Shown piece after piece: positions 20,264 to 30,165 of a DNA stretch of 64,000 bases. Source of the stretch: Parcubacteria group bacterium GW2011_GWC1_36_108 (GTDB lineage: Bacteria; Patescibacteriota; Minisyncoccia; Moranbacterales; GWC2-37-73). The position numbers and the translations under genes are program-made. The notes under the pieces are model-generated. The model was not told the DNA's origin, made no database searches, and worked only from the letters and a program-made list of their open reading frames with translations. Within the stretch, counting starts at the first letter, position 1, and each line of letters starts with the position of its first letter. The stretch is taken from the NCBI GenBank assembly GCA_000991245.1, contig LBRD01000007.1, positions 37,539 to 101,538 on the forward strand, written 5' to 3'.

Positions 20264-20572
20264 ATGTTGGAACTAGCCCTGAATGTTTTTAGTGTTCAAA
20301 GTGGAATTCATGGTTTTAGGTTGGTTGGCGAGAGTAACACTGCTTCTGCTGATTTTTGCAGATCCATCGGAGATGGCATACGCAAAAAAAATGTTGGTAT
20401 CGGTCTTGATGAAAAAGAATGCGTAGTAAGCATTTTAGGTAACAATGTTTCTATTAATTTTACTCAAAAGCCAAAAGAAATGGAAAAAATTTCCAGTGTA
20501 TTGCGCGGGAGTATAAGCGTAGAGGACTATGATGACGGAGAATTTTCCGGTTGTATGGTAATAGACAGGTAA
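20264..20572 (+). CDS. hypothetical protein (102 aa)
   Basis: strong RBS AAAGGAGAAATTCTCATG. Confidence 0.5.
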   Translation: MLELALNVFSVQSGIHGFRLVGESNTASADFCRSIGDGIRKKNVGIGLDEKECVVSILGNNVSINFTQKPKEMEKISSVLRGSISVEDYDDGEFSGCMVIDR

Positions 20573-20626
20573 GATTGTGGCGTTTGTTTTTTAAGGGATT
20601 TGTATGATTCAATGCAAATCCTTTTT

Positions 20627-21961
20627 TTATTGAAAATCTTTCTCGAAAGCTTCTTTGTTGAAAGAATATTTTCCGTCGAAAAAGGCAATTATTTTGTTGA
20701 CAGTTTTGGCGGCATTTTTTATGCAAGCGGTTGCCCCAGGGGATGGTGTGATGTTAAAGAGAATGTTTTTACCTTCAATTTCAATTTCTCCCATTTGCAA
20801 TTTTTGAGTTTGGTTGTTGATCAATTGCGGTCTGATGCCAGCCTTGGTTTTGCTATTTTTAAAATCTGAATATTTCAAAGTCGGAATTATTTTCTGGCAC
20901 ATTTTTGCATATGCTCTGGGGCCAAAATATGGAATTTCGTAAATTAAATTTTTCAATAAAAATGTGAGCAATGTATTTTCTGAAAGTACTTTTAACAATG
21001 CAATGGCAGATTTTTTGTCACAAAGTGTTGATTTGAAAAAATCTCCAAATGTTGCAATGTTATTTCTTTCAAGAAATGGCATAACATTTGCAGTTGGTCC
21101 AAAGCGAGTTTCGTTTTCATTGTGAACATTGGGATCGCCGTGAACCCCAGCAAAGGGGAGTTTGCCGCTCTGCATTGTATAAACCTTGCCGTTTAAAACC
21201 TTTCTTGAAGATGTGTAAAAATTTCCGCCAACAGGGAGTATTGAATATTCTTTGCCGTATCCAAGCTCTTTGGCAAACATCAAACTGTGAGAACACATTG
21301 CAACCACAACAGCTTTTGCAAAAAAAGTTTCTTTGTTGGTAGTTATTTTAAAGCCATCTTCTTTTTCAATTATTTTTATAACTTTTGTGTCAACAAAAAT
21401 TTTTGCTCCTGCTTTAATTTTTTTAGCTTCTGTTGCTAAATTTTTAGCTAGGGCTCCAAAATCAACAGTGAATCCGTCCTTGCTGTATCCCGCCATTATT
21501 TTTTCAGATTTTTTTCTTCCATTTACAATTCCTGGTTCAATCTCGGCAATTTCCTCCCTGGTTATTTTTTTGAAATTTGGAAATATTTTTTCAAATTCAT
21601 TTTGTCTTTTTTCAAATTCTGCAATTTCTTTTTTCCCAACCGCCAATAACATTTTGTGAGATTTTTTATAAATCCCAGCGCCATCTTCTCCTAGTCTTTC
21701 AAGATAGCGTACAACCATTTGCGAAGCTTCTTTTGATGATAATGCTTTCTCAACGGAATAATTGGCTTCGATATCGCCGAAGTGCAATGTTTGGCTGTTG
21801 TTATTTTCTTTGGAATTTATTTCTCCCAATTTTCCATCTTTTTCTATCAGCGCAATGGAATCAATATTTGTGTATTTGCTTAAAATGTGAAAAATTGAAC
21901 TGCCAGTGATGCCGCCCCCCAATATTGCTATTTGAAATTTTTTTGGTTTACATTGTTCCAT
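20627..21961 (-). CDS. FAD-dependent oxidoreductase, malate:quinone oxidoreductase (Mqo)-like
   Basis: 'IAILGGGITGSS' dinucleotide-binding motif, 'LPVGGNFY', 'SPGATACI' resembling Mqo family. Confidence 0.55.
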   Translation of the reverse strand: MEQCKPKKFQIAILGGGITGSSIFHILSKYTNIDSIALIEKDGKLGEINSKENNNSQTLHFGDIEANYSVEKALSSKEASQMVVRYLERLGEDGAGIYKKSHKMLLAVGKKEIAEFEKRQNEFEKIFPNFKKITREEIAEIEPGIVNGRKKSEKIMAGYSKDGFTVDFGALAKNLATEAKKIKAGAKIFVDTKVIKIIEKEDGFKITTNKETFFAKAVVVAMCSHSLMFAKELGYGKEYSILPVGGNFYTSSRKVLNGKVYTMQSGKLPFAGVHGDPNVHNENETRFGPTANVMPFLERNNIATFGDFFKSTLCDKKSAIALLKVLSENTLLTFLLKNLIYEIPYFGPRAYAKMCQKIIPTLKYSDFKNSKTKAGIRPQLINNQTQKLQMGEIEIEGKNILFNITPSPGATACIKNAAKTVNKIIAFFDGKYSFNKEAFEKDFQ

Positions 21962-22204
21962 ATATATAATAAATAAAAAATAAAAAAATCGGCTCTGTGT
22001 GAGTCGATCTTGTTTTGCAAATTCAAATCAAAACCGACGATAATCAATCACAATTATCGTCATTATTCAAGGTTGTAATTTGTGCAAAATGCATATTCAT
22101 ATGATTCAGTTTAGCAGAGTTATAAAATTTGTCCAGCCCTTGCAGGATGCTTATTTTTTGTTATAGTGACGAAATGGCAATATCATTATAATCGTAAAAT
22201 ATAT

Positions 22205-23344
22205 ATGCAACAAATTTCAAAAAGAGCAACGAGTCTGACATCTTCGCCGTTGTACGAATTTGCAAAAAAGGTGAAAGAGCAAGAAGCTCAAGGCAGGAAA
22301 ATAATTTCACTTGGACTGGGAGAGCCATATTATGACACGCCTGAGATTATTAAACAGGCGGGAATTGAGGCAATCAAGAATGACAAAACACATTATAACC
22401 CAGCGCAAGGTTCGATGACGCTAAGAAAAAAAATTGCTGAAAAATATCAAGTTGAGGTACAGTGCGTTTCTGTTTCAACTGGTGCTAAACCATTTTTGGG
22501 AAGTATTTTGTGGTCACTGGTTGATGATGGAGATTTGATTTTTATGACAGGTCCATATTATCCGCCGTTTTTTCAAATTGCGCAGTCTTGCGGAGGCAAA
22601 GTTGTTTTGATTGACACCAAGCCAACAGATTTCCAATTGAAAGCGGATGTTCTTGATGAAATTTTTGCAAACAACAATACTGCAGAAAAAAAATCATTTA
22701 TAATAATAAATTCGCCAAACAATCCCAGTGGTGTTACGTATGAAAAAAATGAATTGAAAAAAATCGTTGAAGTTTGCAAAAAAAATAATGTAACAATAAT
22801 TTCAGATGAATGTTATAGCAATTTTTCTCCTGATCCGCAGTTTAGTTTGCGCCAATTTAACTCTGAAATTATTGTGATAAATTCACTTTCCAAATCACAT
22901 GCGATGACAGGTTGGAGAATTGGATACGCAATTTGCCCGAGTGATTTGAATGTTACAATCGGAAGATTTTTGGAAAATTATATTGGTTGTCCATCTTCCA
23001 TTTCAGACGCAGCGGCAGTTGTGGCACTTGAAAGTGAGTCCACTTTGCCTGACCTTGTTTCACAAAGAGAAATTATGCACAGTTGGCTTGCTGAAATGAA
23101 AATTTCTTATGCCAAATCAACAGGAGGAATTTTCATTTTTCCGGATTTTGTCGATGTTATGGAAAAACTTAATCTCAAAAATTCAGTGGAGTTGGCAACT
23201 TATTTCTTGGAAAAGGCTGGAGTGGCAACAACCCCTGGAGTTTCTTTCGGTGAAAAATATGACACTCATCTGCGTTTGTCATATTGCATCAAACCTGATG
23301 AGCTCAAATTGGCATTGCAGGAACTCGAAAAAGTTATCATCTAG
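22205..23344 (+). CDS. class I/II pyridoxal-phosphate aminotransferase (aspartate aminotransferase-like)
   Basis: 'SLSKSHAMTGWRIGY' PLP-lysine region, 'NSPNNPSG'. Confidence 0.85.
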   Translation: MQQISKRATSLTSSPLYEFAKKVKEQEAQGRKIISLGLGEPYYDTPEIIKQAGIEAIKNDKTHYNPAQGSMTLRKKIAEKYQVEVQCVSVSTGAKPFLGSILWSLVDDGDLIFMTGPYYPPFFQIAQSCGGKVVLIDTKPTDFQLKADVLDEIFANNNTAEKKSFIIINSPNNPSGVTYEKNELKKIVEVCKKNNVTIISDECYSNFSPDPQFSLRQFNSEIIVINSLSKSHAMTGWRIGYAICPSDLNVTIGRFLENYIGCPSSISDAAAVVALESESTLPDLVSQREIMHSWLAEMKISYAKSTGGIFIFPDFVDVMEKLNLKNSVELATYFLEKAGVATTPGVSFGEKYDTHLRLSYCIKPDELKLALQELEKVII

Positions 23345-23393
23345 GGCTGGCTGTGAAGGTTGATGTGTGATAAAATAATTTTATATTGGAGAA

Positions 23394-23987
23394 TTGAAAA
23401 TTTATAAATATAGTATGAAATTAAATAAAGATACATTTGAAATAATCTTTTTTGCACGAGGAGGGCAGGGTGCAAAAACTGCCTCTGAGCTTATTGCGCA
23501 TAGCGCGGTGCGTGAAGGGAAATTTGTGAAAGCTTTTCCATTTTTTGGACCGGAAAGAAGTGGCGCTCCAACCAAAATGTTTTTGCGTGTGTCAGACAAG
23601 GAAATCAGAACACAAGAACCCGTGACTGATCCCGATATTGTTTTGGTGTTGGATGAAACTGTGATGGATTCTCAGGATGTGGCGAGAAACTTGGACAAGC
23701 ATGAAATTCTCATTGTAAATTCGGCAAATTCAAAAGAAGATGTCAGGAAAAGAGTCCCACATTTTAAAGGTTCAATTCACTGCATTGATGGCAACAAGAT
23801 TTCTGCTGATATTATTGGAAAACCAAATCCTAATATGGTTTTGATGGGACACTTGATTAAAGTTACTGAAATTGTGGATTTGGAAACTGCTGGCGAAATT
23901 TTTCGCGAAGTTTTCACTGAAAAAATCGGCAAGGATTTAACTGAAAAAAATATACGCGCGATGCAAGCCGGTTACGATGAATTGTAA
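23394..23987 (+). CDS. porC: pyruvate/2-oxoacid:ferredoxin oxidoreductase gamma subunit
   Basis: 'FFARGGQGAKTASELIA' signature. Confidence 0.85.
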   Translation: MKIYKYSMKLNKDTFEIIFFARGGQGAKTASELIAHSAVREGKFVKAFPFFGPERSGAPTKMFLRVSDKEIRTQEPVTDPDIVLVLDETVMDSQDVARNLDKHEILIVNSANSKEDVRKRVPHFKGSIHCIDGNKISADIIGKPNPNMVLMGHLIKVTEIVDLETAGEIFREVFTEKIGKDLTEKNIRAMQAGYDEL

Positions 23988-24036
23988 TAAGTTATATGAC
24001 GGATATTTGTGATTTGTGAAAATTCGTTAATAATTA

Positions 24037-24315
24037 GTGAAAATTAGTATGAGTTTAGAAAAAGGAGGAATTATAAAACATGACATTTCCAAGTCTCCCA
24101 AAACAGGGGATTGGGCATATTCAAAACCCCAGGTTGATAAGGATAAATGTATTGGTTGCGAGACCTGTGTTCAATATTGTCCAGACGCTTGCATTGAGAT
24201 GGTTAAACATAAAAAGGATATTAAGAAAAAAGCTGACATCGATTATGATTTTTGCAAAGGCTGCGGTGTCTGCGCTCAAGTTTGCCCAGTCAAAGCAATT
24301 GTTATGAAAAAATAA
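24037..24315 (+). CDS. porD: pyruvate:ferredoxin oxidoreductase delta subunit (2x[4Fe-4S] ferredoxin)
   Basis: 'CIGCETCVQYCP' and 'CKGCGVCAQVCP'. Confidence 0.85.
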   Translation: MKISMSLEKGGIIKHDISKSPKTGDWAYSKPQVDKDKCIGCETCVQYCPDACIEMVKHKKDIKKKADIDYDFCKGCGVCAQVCPVKAIVMKK

Positions 24316-24327
24316 AAAATATTCGTT

Positions 24328-25506
24328 ATGGAAAATAAAACTATAAAAAACAAAACAACTGTTAAGGCCTTGAATGGTGGTTATGCGATGGCGGAGGCTT
24401 TGCGGCAAATTCATCCGGATGTGATGGCAGTGTATCCGATCACGCCGCAGACAACTATTATTGAAACATATGCTAAGTTCAAAGCTGACGGATTGGTGGA
24501 TACTGAAATTGTGCAAGTTGAATCTGAACATTCTGCAATGAGCGCAACGATTGGTGCTTGCACTGCTGGAGCTAGGGCAGTTACCGCTTCCAGCTCTCAA
24601 GGGCTTTTGCATATGGCGGAAACTTTGCCGGTTGTTAGTGGTCTTGGACTTCCAATTGTAATGTGTGTGAGTTCTAGGGCTCTTTCTGCACCGCTTAATA
24701 TTCATGGCGAACATGGAGATGTGATGGCAATTCGTGACCTCGGGTGGGTGCAAATATTCAGTGAGCAGGCCCAGGATGCCTATGATAACACGATAATTGC
24801 CCTCAGGTTGGCCGAAATGGCAGGGGTGCCAGTTATGCCCATTATGGATGGATTCCATACCTCGCACACCACAGAGCGTGTGGAGGTGCTTGGGGATGAA
24901 ATTATCCAGAGTTTTGTCGGACAATTCAAGCCAGAAAACGCCCTGGTGGATCAAAAAAACCCCATAACCATCGGAACTTTGGCTCTACAAAACACTTATT
25001 TTGACTTTAAAATAGATCAAGAAAAGGCTTTTCAAAAAGTGAAGAGTTTGTATAAGAAAATCTGCGTTGAATATGGCAAAATTTCTGGTCGCAAATATGG
25101 TTTTTTTGAGGAATATAAAACCAAAGATGCTGATTTTGTGATTGTGATGATGGGAGCAACTGCTGGAACCACCAAGGATGCAGTGGATAAACTTCGCATC
25201 GATGGAAAAAAAGTTGGATTGCTCAAGATAAACTTATTCAGACCATTCCCATATAAAGAAGTTGGAGTTGCACTGTCTCATGCTGAAAATATTGCTGTGC
25301 TTGATCGTGCGATGTCCTTTGGATCATTCCCACCACTATATCAAGACATTGTAACCAGTATGCAAAGTGCCGGCTCTCGCAAACATGATATTGCTAGCTA
25401 TGTTTATGGAATCGGTGGACGTGACACAATGCAATCCCATATCATTTCTGTTTTTAAAGATTTGGAAGAAGGGGAAATCGGCAATAAAATTAAATACCTA
25501 CAGTAA
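24328..25506 (+). CDS. porA: pyruvate:ferredoxin oxidoreductase alpha subunit
   Basis: PorA-like N-terminus 'LNGGYAMAEALRQIHPDVMAVYPITPQT'. Confidence 0.9.
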   Translation: MENKTIKNKTTVKALNGGYAMAEALRQIHPDVMAVYPITPQTTIIETYAKFKADGLVDTEIVQVESEHSAMSATIGACTAGARAVTASSSQGLLHMAETLPVVSGLGLPIVMCVSSRALSAPLNIHGEHGDVMAIRDLGWVQIFSEQAQDAYDNTIIALRLAEMAGVPVMPIMDGFHTSHTTERVEVLGDEIIQSFVGQFKPENALVDQKNPITIGTLALQNTYFDFKIDQEKAFQKVKSLYKKICVEYGKISGRKYGFFEEYKTKDADFVIVMMGATAGTTKDAVDKLRIDGKKVGLLKINLFRPFPYKEVGVALSHAENIAVLDRAMSFGSFPPLYQDIVTSMQSAGSRKHDIASYVYGIGGRDTMQSHIISVFKDLEEGEIGNKIKYLQ

Positions 25507-25691
25507 ATCAGATCTTATAATTTCGAAGTCCGAATTTCGAATTTCGAATCAAATCTAAATGACATAATGTTTCAAATTGACTTTACAAACTTTATGAACT
25601 TTATTTTCAAATGAAGCGAGTGAAATGAGAAACGTTTTCATTTCCGAGCGAATGCAGAAAATATCTAATATAACTTTAAGAACTTAGTTTT

Positions 25692-26600
25692 ATGAATAAA
25701 GAATTAACTAAAAAATTATCGTCGGGTCATGCGACTTGTCAGGGATGTGGAATTCCGGCAATTGTTCGAACTGTATTGGGTGCAACGGATGAACCTGTGA
25801 TCGTGGCTAATGCGACGGGATGTCTTGAGGTGACAACCACAATATATCCATATACAGCTTGGAAGGTGCCATACGTTCATAGTGTTTTTGGAAATGCTGC
25901 AGCCACTGCGGCTGGGATTGATGCTGCTCAAAAAGCTCTAATGAAAAGTGGAAAAATAAAAAAGAAAGCTAAGGTTGTGGTTTTTGGTGGAGATGGTGGA
26001 ACATATGATATTGGACTCCAAGCACTTTCAGGTGCACTTGAGCGAGGTCATGATTTTTTGTATGTTTGTTATGATAATGAAGGATATATGAACACGGGAG
26101 GACAACGCTCTGGCGGCACTCCATATGGTGCCAACACTGAAACTGCACCAGCGGGCGAGACTTCTTTTGGAAAGTCGCAGCAACGAAAAGATTTAATGGA
26201 AATTGTGAATGCGCATCATATTAAATACCTTGCTCAATCAAATGTGGCTTATGTAAATGATCTTAAGATGAAAGCCAAAAAAGCTCTGAAAACAACGGGT
26301 CCCTCTTTTCTTTTGGTTTTGCAACCTTGCACGCAACTTTGGAAATTTCCAACATCGGAATATGTGGCGGTTGGAAAACTTGCAACAGAAACAAATTTTT
26401 GGCCACTGTATGAAATTGAGGATGGAAAATATACGATTAATAATATTGTAAAAACTCCAAAACCAATTGAGGAATTTTTGAAAGTTCAAGGACGCTTCAA
26501 GCATCTTTTTACTGATAAAAATAAGCAGGTTATTGTGGATATTCAAAACAAGGTGGATGAGAATCTGTCCAAACTTGTCAAAAGAGCTGAAAAAAGCTAA
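25692..26600 (+). CDS. porB: pyruvate:ferredoxin oxidoreductase beta subunit (TPP-binding)
   Basis: 'CQGCGIPA', 'GGDGGTYDIG' TPP motif. Confidence 0.9.
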   Translation: MNKELTKKLSSGHATCQGCGIPAIVRTVLGATDEPVIVANATGCLEVTTTIYPYTAWKVPYVHSVFGNAAATAAGIDAAQKALMKSGKIKKKAKVVVFGGDGGTYDIGLQALSGALERGHDFLYVCYDNEGYMNTGGQRSGGTPYGANTETAPAGETSFGKSQQRKDLMEIVNAHHIKYLAQSNVAYVNDLKMKAKKALKTTGPSFLLVLQPCTQLWKFPTSEYVAVGKLATETNFWPLYEIEDGKYTINNIVKTPKPIEEFLKVQGRFKHLFTDKNKQVIVDIQNKVDENLSKLVKRAEKS

Positions 26601-26828
26601 CATAAAGCAAAAGAATAAAATTTTTCTGCGAAATTAAACTCGAGCTCTTTATTTTTTAACTTCACCCTCCGGGTATATGTTATCCGGACAAAATCATAGA
26701 TTTTGAAGGATAACTAAAATTTTTTGTGGTCACACGCGTATACCGCGCAAGGGACAAAAAATTTCAGAAAAAATATTAGTTCTCAAACAGTAATTTCTCG
26801 AAAAATTTTATTCTTTAGCTTTATTAAG

Positions 26829-26901
26829 GCCGATGTAGCTCACTTGGTAGAGCAATACACTCGTAACGTATAGGTAGCCGGTTCGATTCCGGCCATCGGC
26901 T
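26829..26901 (+). tRNA. tRNA-Thr (anticodon CGT)
   Basis: cloverleaf: acceptor GCCGATG/CATCGGC, D-arm GCTC..GAGC, anticodon loop CTCGTAA, T-arm GCCGG TTCGATT CCGGC; close to E. coli thrW. Confidence 0.85.
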
Positions 26902-26930
26902 CATTTTATAATTTCTAAATTTGTAATGCG

Positions 26931-27188
26931 ATGAATTTTACTGTAAGAAAATTTTTAGCCTTAATTTTGACAATAGGAAATGTTTTTTTAGCTGTATTTC
27001 TTCATGGTTATGAATACGGGTTAATTGTTTTAGTGTTGTCATTGTTGATGCTGGTTGCGTTTATTTGGTTCAAAGATTTTTTCGCTAAAGTGGTTACTGG
27101 TTTTTATCGTAATAATCCTGTGTTGCTTGAATTTACTGGTTGGATTTTTTTGATTTTATTTTTGATTTTTTCTATAATTGCCAAATGA
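26931..27188 (+). CDS. small hypothetical membrane protein (85 aa)
   Basis: two or three TM segments; no other support. Confidence 0.35.
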   Translation: MNFTVRKFLALILTIGNVFLAVFLHGYEYGLIVLVLSLLMLVAFIWFKDFFAKVVTGFYRNNPVLLEFTGWIFLILFLIFSIIAK

Positions 27189-27227
27189 TTTTGTATTTTT
27201 GTATAATTTTTTAATTTTGTAGACCTT

Positions 27228-27746
27228 ATGAAAACATTTATTTGTGAAATTTGTGGAGATGCATATTTGGGAGAAGGAAAACCAACCAATTGTCCTTTTT
27301 GTGGAGCGCGCAGTGCTTTTATACGAGAAGGAAAAGATGCTCATCCTGTCACTGAAGTGAAAACCGAGTTATCTGAATTGACTTTAAAAAATTTGCAAGA
27401 AACTTTGCAATTGGAATTGGATGCCAATGCGATTTATTTGTGTATGGCAGCAAAAACTGATTCATATGAAATAATGAAGATGTATAAACGTTTGGCTAAA
27501 GTTGAAATGGAACATGCAATTATTTGTACAAAAATAATGCAGATTGCAATGCCCGAAGCTGAAACAAAAGAATGCAGTGATGATGATATTGCAAATTTTC
27601 AAAAAACACTTGAACTTGAAGATCATGCCGCTGGCTTGTATGCAAAATTTGCCAGAGAGGCAAATGAAAAGCATGTAAAAATTATGTTTACCGCTCTTAA
27701 CCAAGTGGAAGTTGATCATATTGAACTCATAAAGAGTTACTTGTGA
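27228..27746 (+). CDS. rubrerythrin-family protein (N-terminal rubredoxin-like Cys4 ribbon + ferritin-like diiron domain)
   Basis: 'CEICGD...CPFCGA' and ExxH-containing four-helix region. Confidence 0.7.
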   Translation: MKTFICEICGDAYLGEGKPTNCPFCGARSAFIREGKDAHPVTEVKTELSELTLKNLQETLQLELDANAIYLCMAAKTDSYEIMKMYKRLAKVEMEHAIICTKIMQIAMPEAETKECSDDDIANFQKTLELEDHAAGLYAKFAREANEKHVKIMFTALNQVEVDHIELIKSYL

Positions 27747-27748
27747 GA

Positions 27749-27905
27749 GTCGCTTGAGCATATTCTTATTTTTGATCACAGAAAAACAATTGCAACTTTT
27801 GACACAACACCAATGAGACTTGTTTTAATTGTCATTCAAAATCTTTGATTTTATCCTGACAATATATACCCAGAGGGTGCAAGTGACAAAAATAAGAATA
27901 TGCTC
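27749..27905. repeat. ~157-bp element with 19-bp perfect inverted arms (gagcatattcttatttttg / caaaaataagaatatgctc); its first ~80 bp is repeated at 28700-28779
   Basis: direct comparison of the two copies flanking the ZIP transporter gene. Confidence 0.55.
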
Positions 27906-27937
27906 TCGCTCTGTTTTATTTCTTCAAAGTCTATCTT

Positions 27938-28681
27938 ATGGAAATTTGGATTTACACAATAGTAAGTGTTTTGATTGTTAGCTTGCTTTCTCTCTTGGGA
28001 TTGGCGGCTTTTCCATTTGGCGAAGAAAAAATTAAAAAGTTTTTGATTTGGGCGGTTGCTTTCGCTGGCGGAACTCTTTTAGGCGATGCTTTTTTGCATT
28101 TGATTCCAGAGGCATATAGCGAAGGAGCTGGAATTGGAATTTCATTTTCCATTTTAGCTGGAATGCTAGCTTTTTTTGTGCTAGAAAAATTTATTCATTG
28201 GCATCATTGTCATGATATTGATTGCACTGAGCATAACTCTGCTTTTTCTTATGTGATCTTAATTGGAGATGGCGCGCATAATTTTATTGATGGGATGATA
28301 ATTGCTGCAAGCTATATGGTTAGCATTCCAATTGGAATCGCCACAACTTTGGCAGTTATTTTTCATGAAATTCCTCACGAGATTGGTGATTTTGCGTCAA
28401 TGCTATATGGTGGTTTTTCAAAAATAAAAGCCCTTTGGTATAATTTTTTGGCAGGAATCGTGGCTATTTTTGGAGCGCTAATAGTTTTGGTGGTGGGTCA
28501 AAATTTTGCTGATTTAACTTATTATCTTATTCCATTTGCGGCTGGTGGTTTTATTTATGTGGCTAGTGCTGATATTATTCCAGAACTTCACAAATCAACA
28601 AAAATTTCACATTCATTTTTGCAGCTCTTGTTTATTATTGCAGGAATCGCTATTATGTATGGACTGCTTGTTTTTGGGTAA
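27938..28681 (+). CDS. ZIP-family divalent metal (zinc) transporter, ZupT-like
   Basis: 'HEIPHEIGDF' ZIP signature, 8 TMs. Confidence 0.85.
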   Translation: MEIWIYTIVSVLIVSLLSLLGLAAFPFGEEKIKKFLIWAVAFAGGTLLGDAFLHLIPEAYSEGAGIGISFSILAGMLAFFVLEKFIHWHHCHDIDCTEHNSAFSYVILIGDGAHNFIDGMIIAASYMVSIPIGIATTLAVIFHEIPHEIGDFASMLYGGFSKIKALWYNFLAGIVAIFGALIVLVVGQNFADLTYYLIPFAAGGFIYVASADIIPELHKSTKISHSFLQLLFIIAGIAIMYGLLVFG

Positions 28682-28699
28682 TTTATATTTTTTGTGCAT

Positions 28700-28779
28700 G
28701 AGTCGTTCGCATACATTTTTCTTTTTGTCACAGAGAAACAATTGCAACTTTTGACATAACACTAAGGAGACTTGTTTCT
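28700..28779. repeat. second (half-length) copy of the 27749 element
   Basis: ~85% identity over ~80 nt incl. 'aaacaattgcaacttttgaca'. Confidence 0.55.
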
Positions 28780-28833
28780 AGTGAAAAAAGAAAAAGTATA
28801 CTCACTTCCATCTGTAAGTTTGTGGAATCTATT

Positions 28834-29935
28834 ATGAAAGAAATACTGGACAAATTATTTGAAATAAAAAATAAGCTCCCGCTTTTGCGGGACTATCTTT
28901 GACGTTGCTGGGAAGATGCGGAAGATAACAGACTTGACACGGACTAGCTCGGAAAAAGATTTCTGGAACGATACGCAGAAGGCTGCTAAAATTTCGCAGG
29001 AACTTGAACTTTTGAAAAATGAAGTTACGGGACTTGAAAATATTGAAAAAAAAGTTGATGAACTTATTGAATTGATTGGTCTTTTTGAAAATTCCGAAAA
29101 TGAAGAAAAGCAAGAAGTTGAAAAACAATTTTTACAATTACAAAAAGAATTCGACGACTTAGAATTTAAATCATTGCTGGGAGGGGAATATGACAAAAGT
29201 GATGTGATTTTGGCAATTCGCAGTGGCGCTGGTGGCGTTGATGCACAAGATTGGGCGCAAATGCTTGAAAAAATGTATTTGAAGTGGTCAGAAAAAAATG
29301 GTTTCAAAGCTGTGATGGTTGAGGAAACGCGTGGAGCAGAAGCTGGGATCAAAAGTGCGACAATTGAAATATCAGGTCCTTATGCATATGGATATTTGCA
29401 AAGCGAAGCTGGCGTGCATCGGTTAGTCAGACTTTCTCCTTTTAATTCTGACAATTTGCGTCAGACATCATTTGCGATTGTGGAAGTTTTGCCAGTAATC
29501 GAAGAAATTGCTGAAGTGATTATAAACCCACAGGATCTTGTGATTGACACATATCGAGCCTCAGGTGCTGGCGGGCAACATGTGAACACGACCGATAGTG
29601 CAGTGCGCATCACGCATACGCCAACAAACATTGTTGTTACCTGTCAAAGTGAGCGTTCTCAACTTCAAAACAAAGAGCAGGCAATGAAAGTTTTGAAAGC
29701 TCGAATTCATCAGCGATATTTGGAAGAGCAAAAAGCTGAAAAAGAAAAATTGCGCGGAGAGTATAAAAGTGCGGAATGGGGAAGTCAAATTCGATCATAT
29801 GTGATCCATCCGTATAAGATGGTTAAAGATCATCGCACAAAATTTGAAACTTCTGATGCGGAAAAAGTGCTTGAGGGAGAGTTGCAAGGATTTATGGAAA
29901 GTTTTCTGCGCTGGCAGGCTAGCAATGGCGAATAA
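28834..29935 (+). CDS. prfB: peptide chain release factor 2 with programmed +1 ribosomal frameshift (ORF0 28834-28899 'MKEILDKLFEIKNKLPLLRDYL' then skip T28900, continue 28901-29935)
   Basis: CTT TGA C shift site at 28897-28903; 'SPF' and 'GGQ' motifs downstream. Confidence 0.9.
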
Positions 29936-29943
29936 TTTTTTTC

Positions 29944-30043
29944 CTTGTCATTCCCGTGGAAACGGGAATCCAGGTTACGTATAAATATACATAATGGTGA
30001 TATTGAGTAGGGCTGGATTCCCAATCAAGTTGGGAATGACAAG
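29944..30043. repeat. MITE-like palindromic element copy B (same family as 4918-5028), intergenic after prfB
   Basis: tgtcattcccgtggaaacgggaatccagg ... ggctggattcccaatcaagttgggaatgacaag. Confidence 0.6.
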
Positions 30044-30165
30044 TGAACAAATGCTCTATGCTCTATGTTTTATGTTTTATGATTTGTGTGATATAATATA
30101 AAAGTAAAAAAACAAAAGTGCATTCGGATTTAATTTGAATTTAATTCGTGTGTGCAAATTCGTAT

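Noticed and set aside
28897-28903. Alternative genetic code (UGA reassigned, as in some CPR lineages)
   Set aside because: prfB (RF2, which decodes UGA) is present with its UGA-dependent frameshift. Many genes terminate cleanly at TGA in sensible positions, so the standard code applies.
30044-30080. Short tandem 'gctctatg gctctatg ttttatg ttttatg' after element copy B
   Set aside because: Only two units each, in an AT-rich promoter region for ftsE. This is too small to call a repeat feature.
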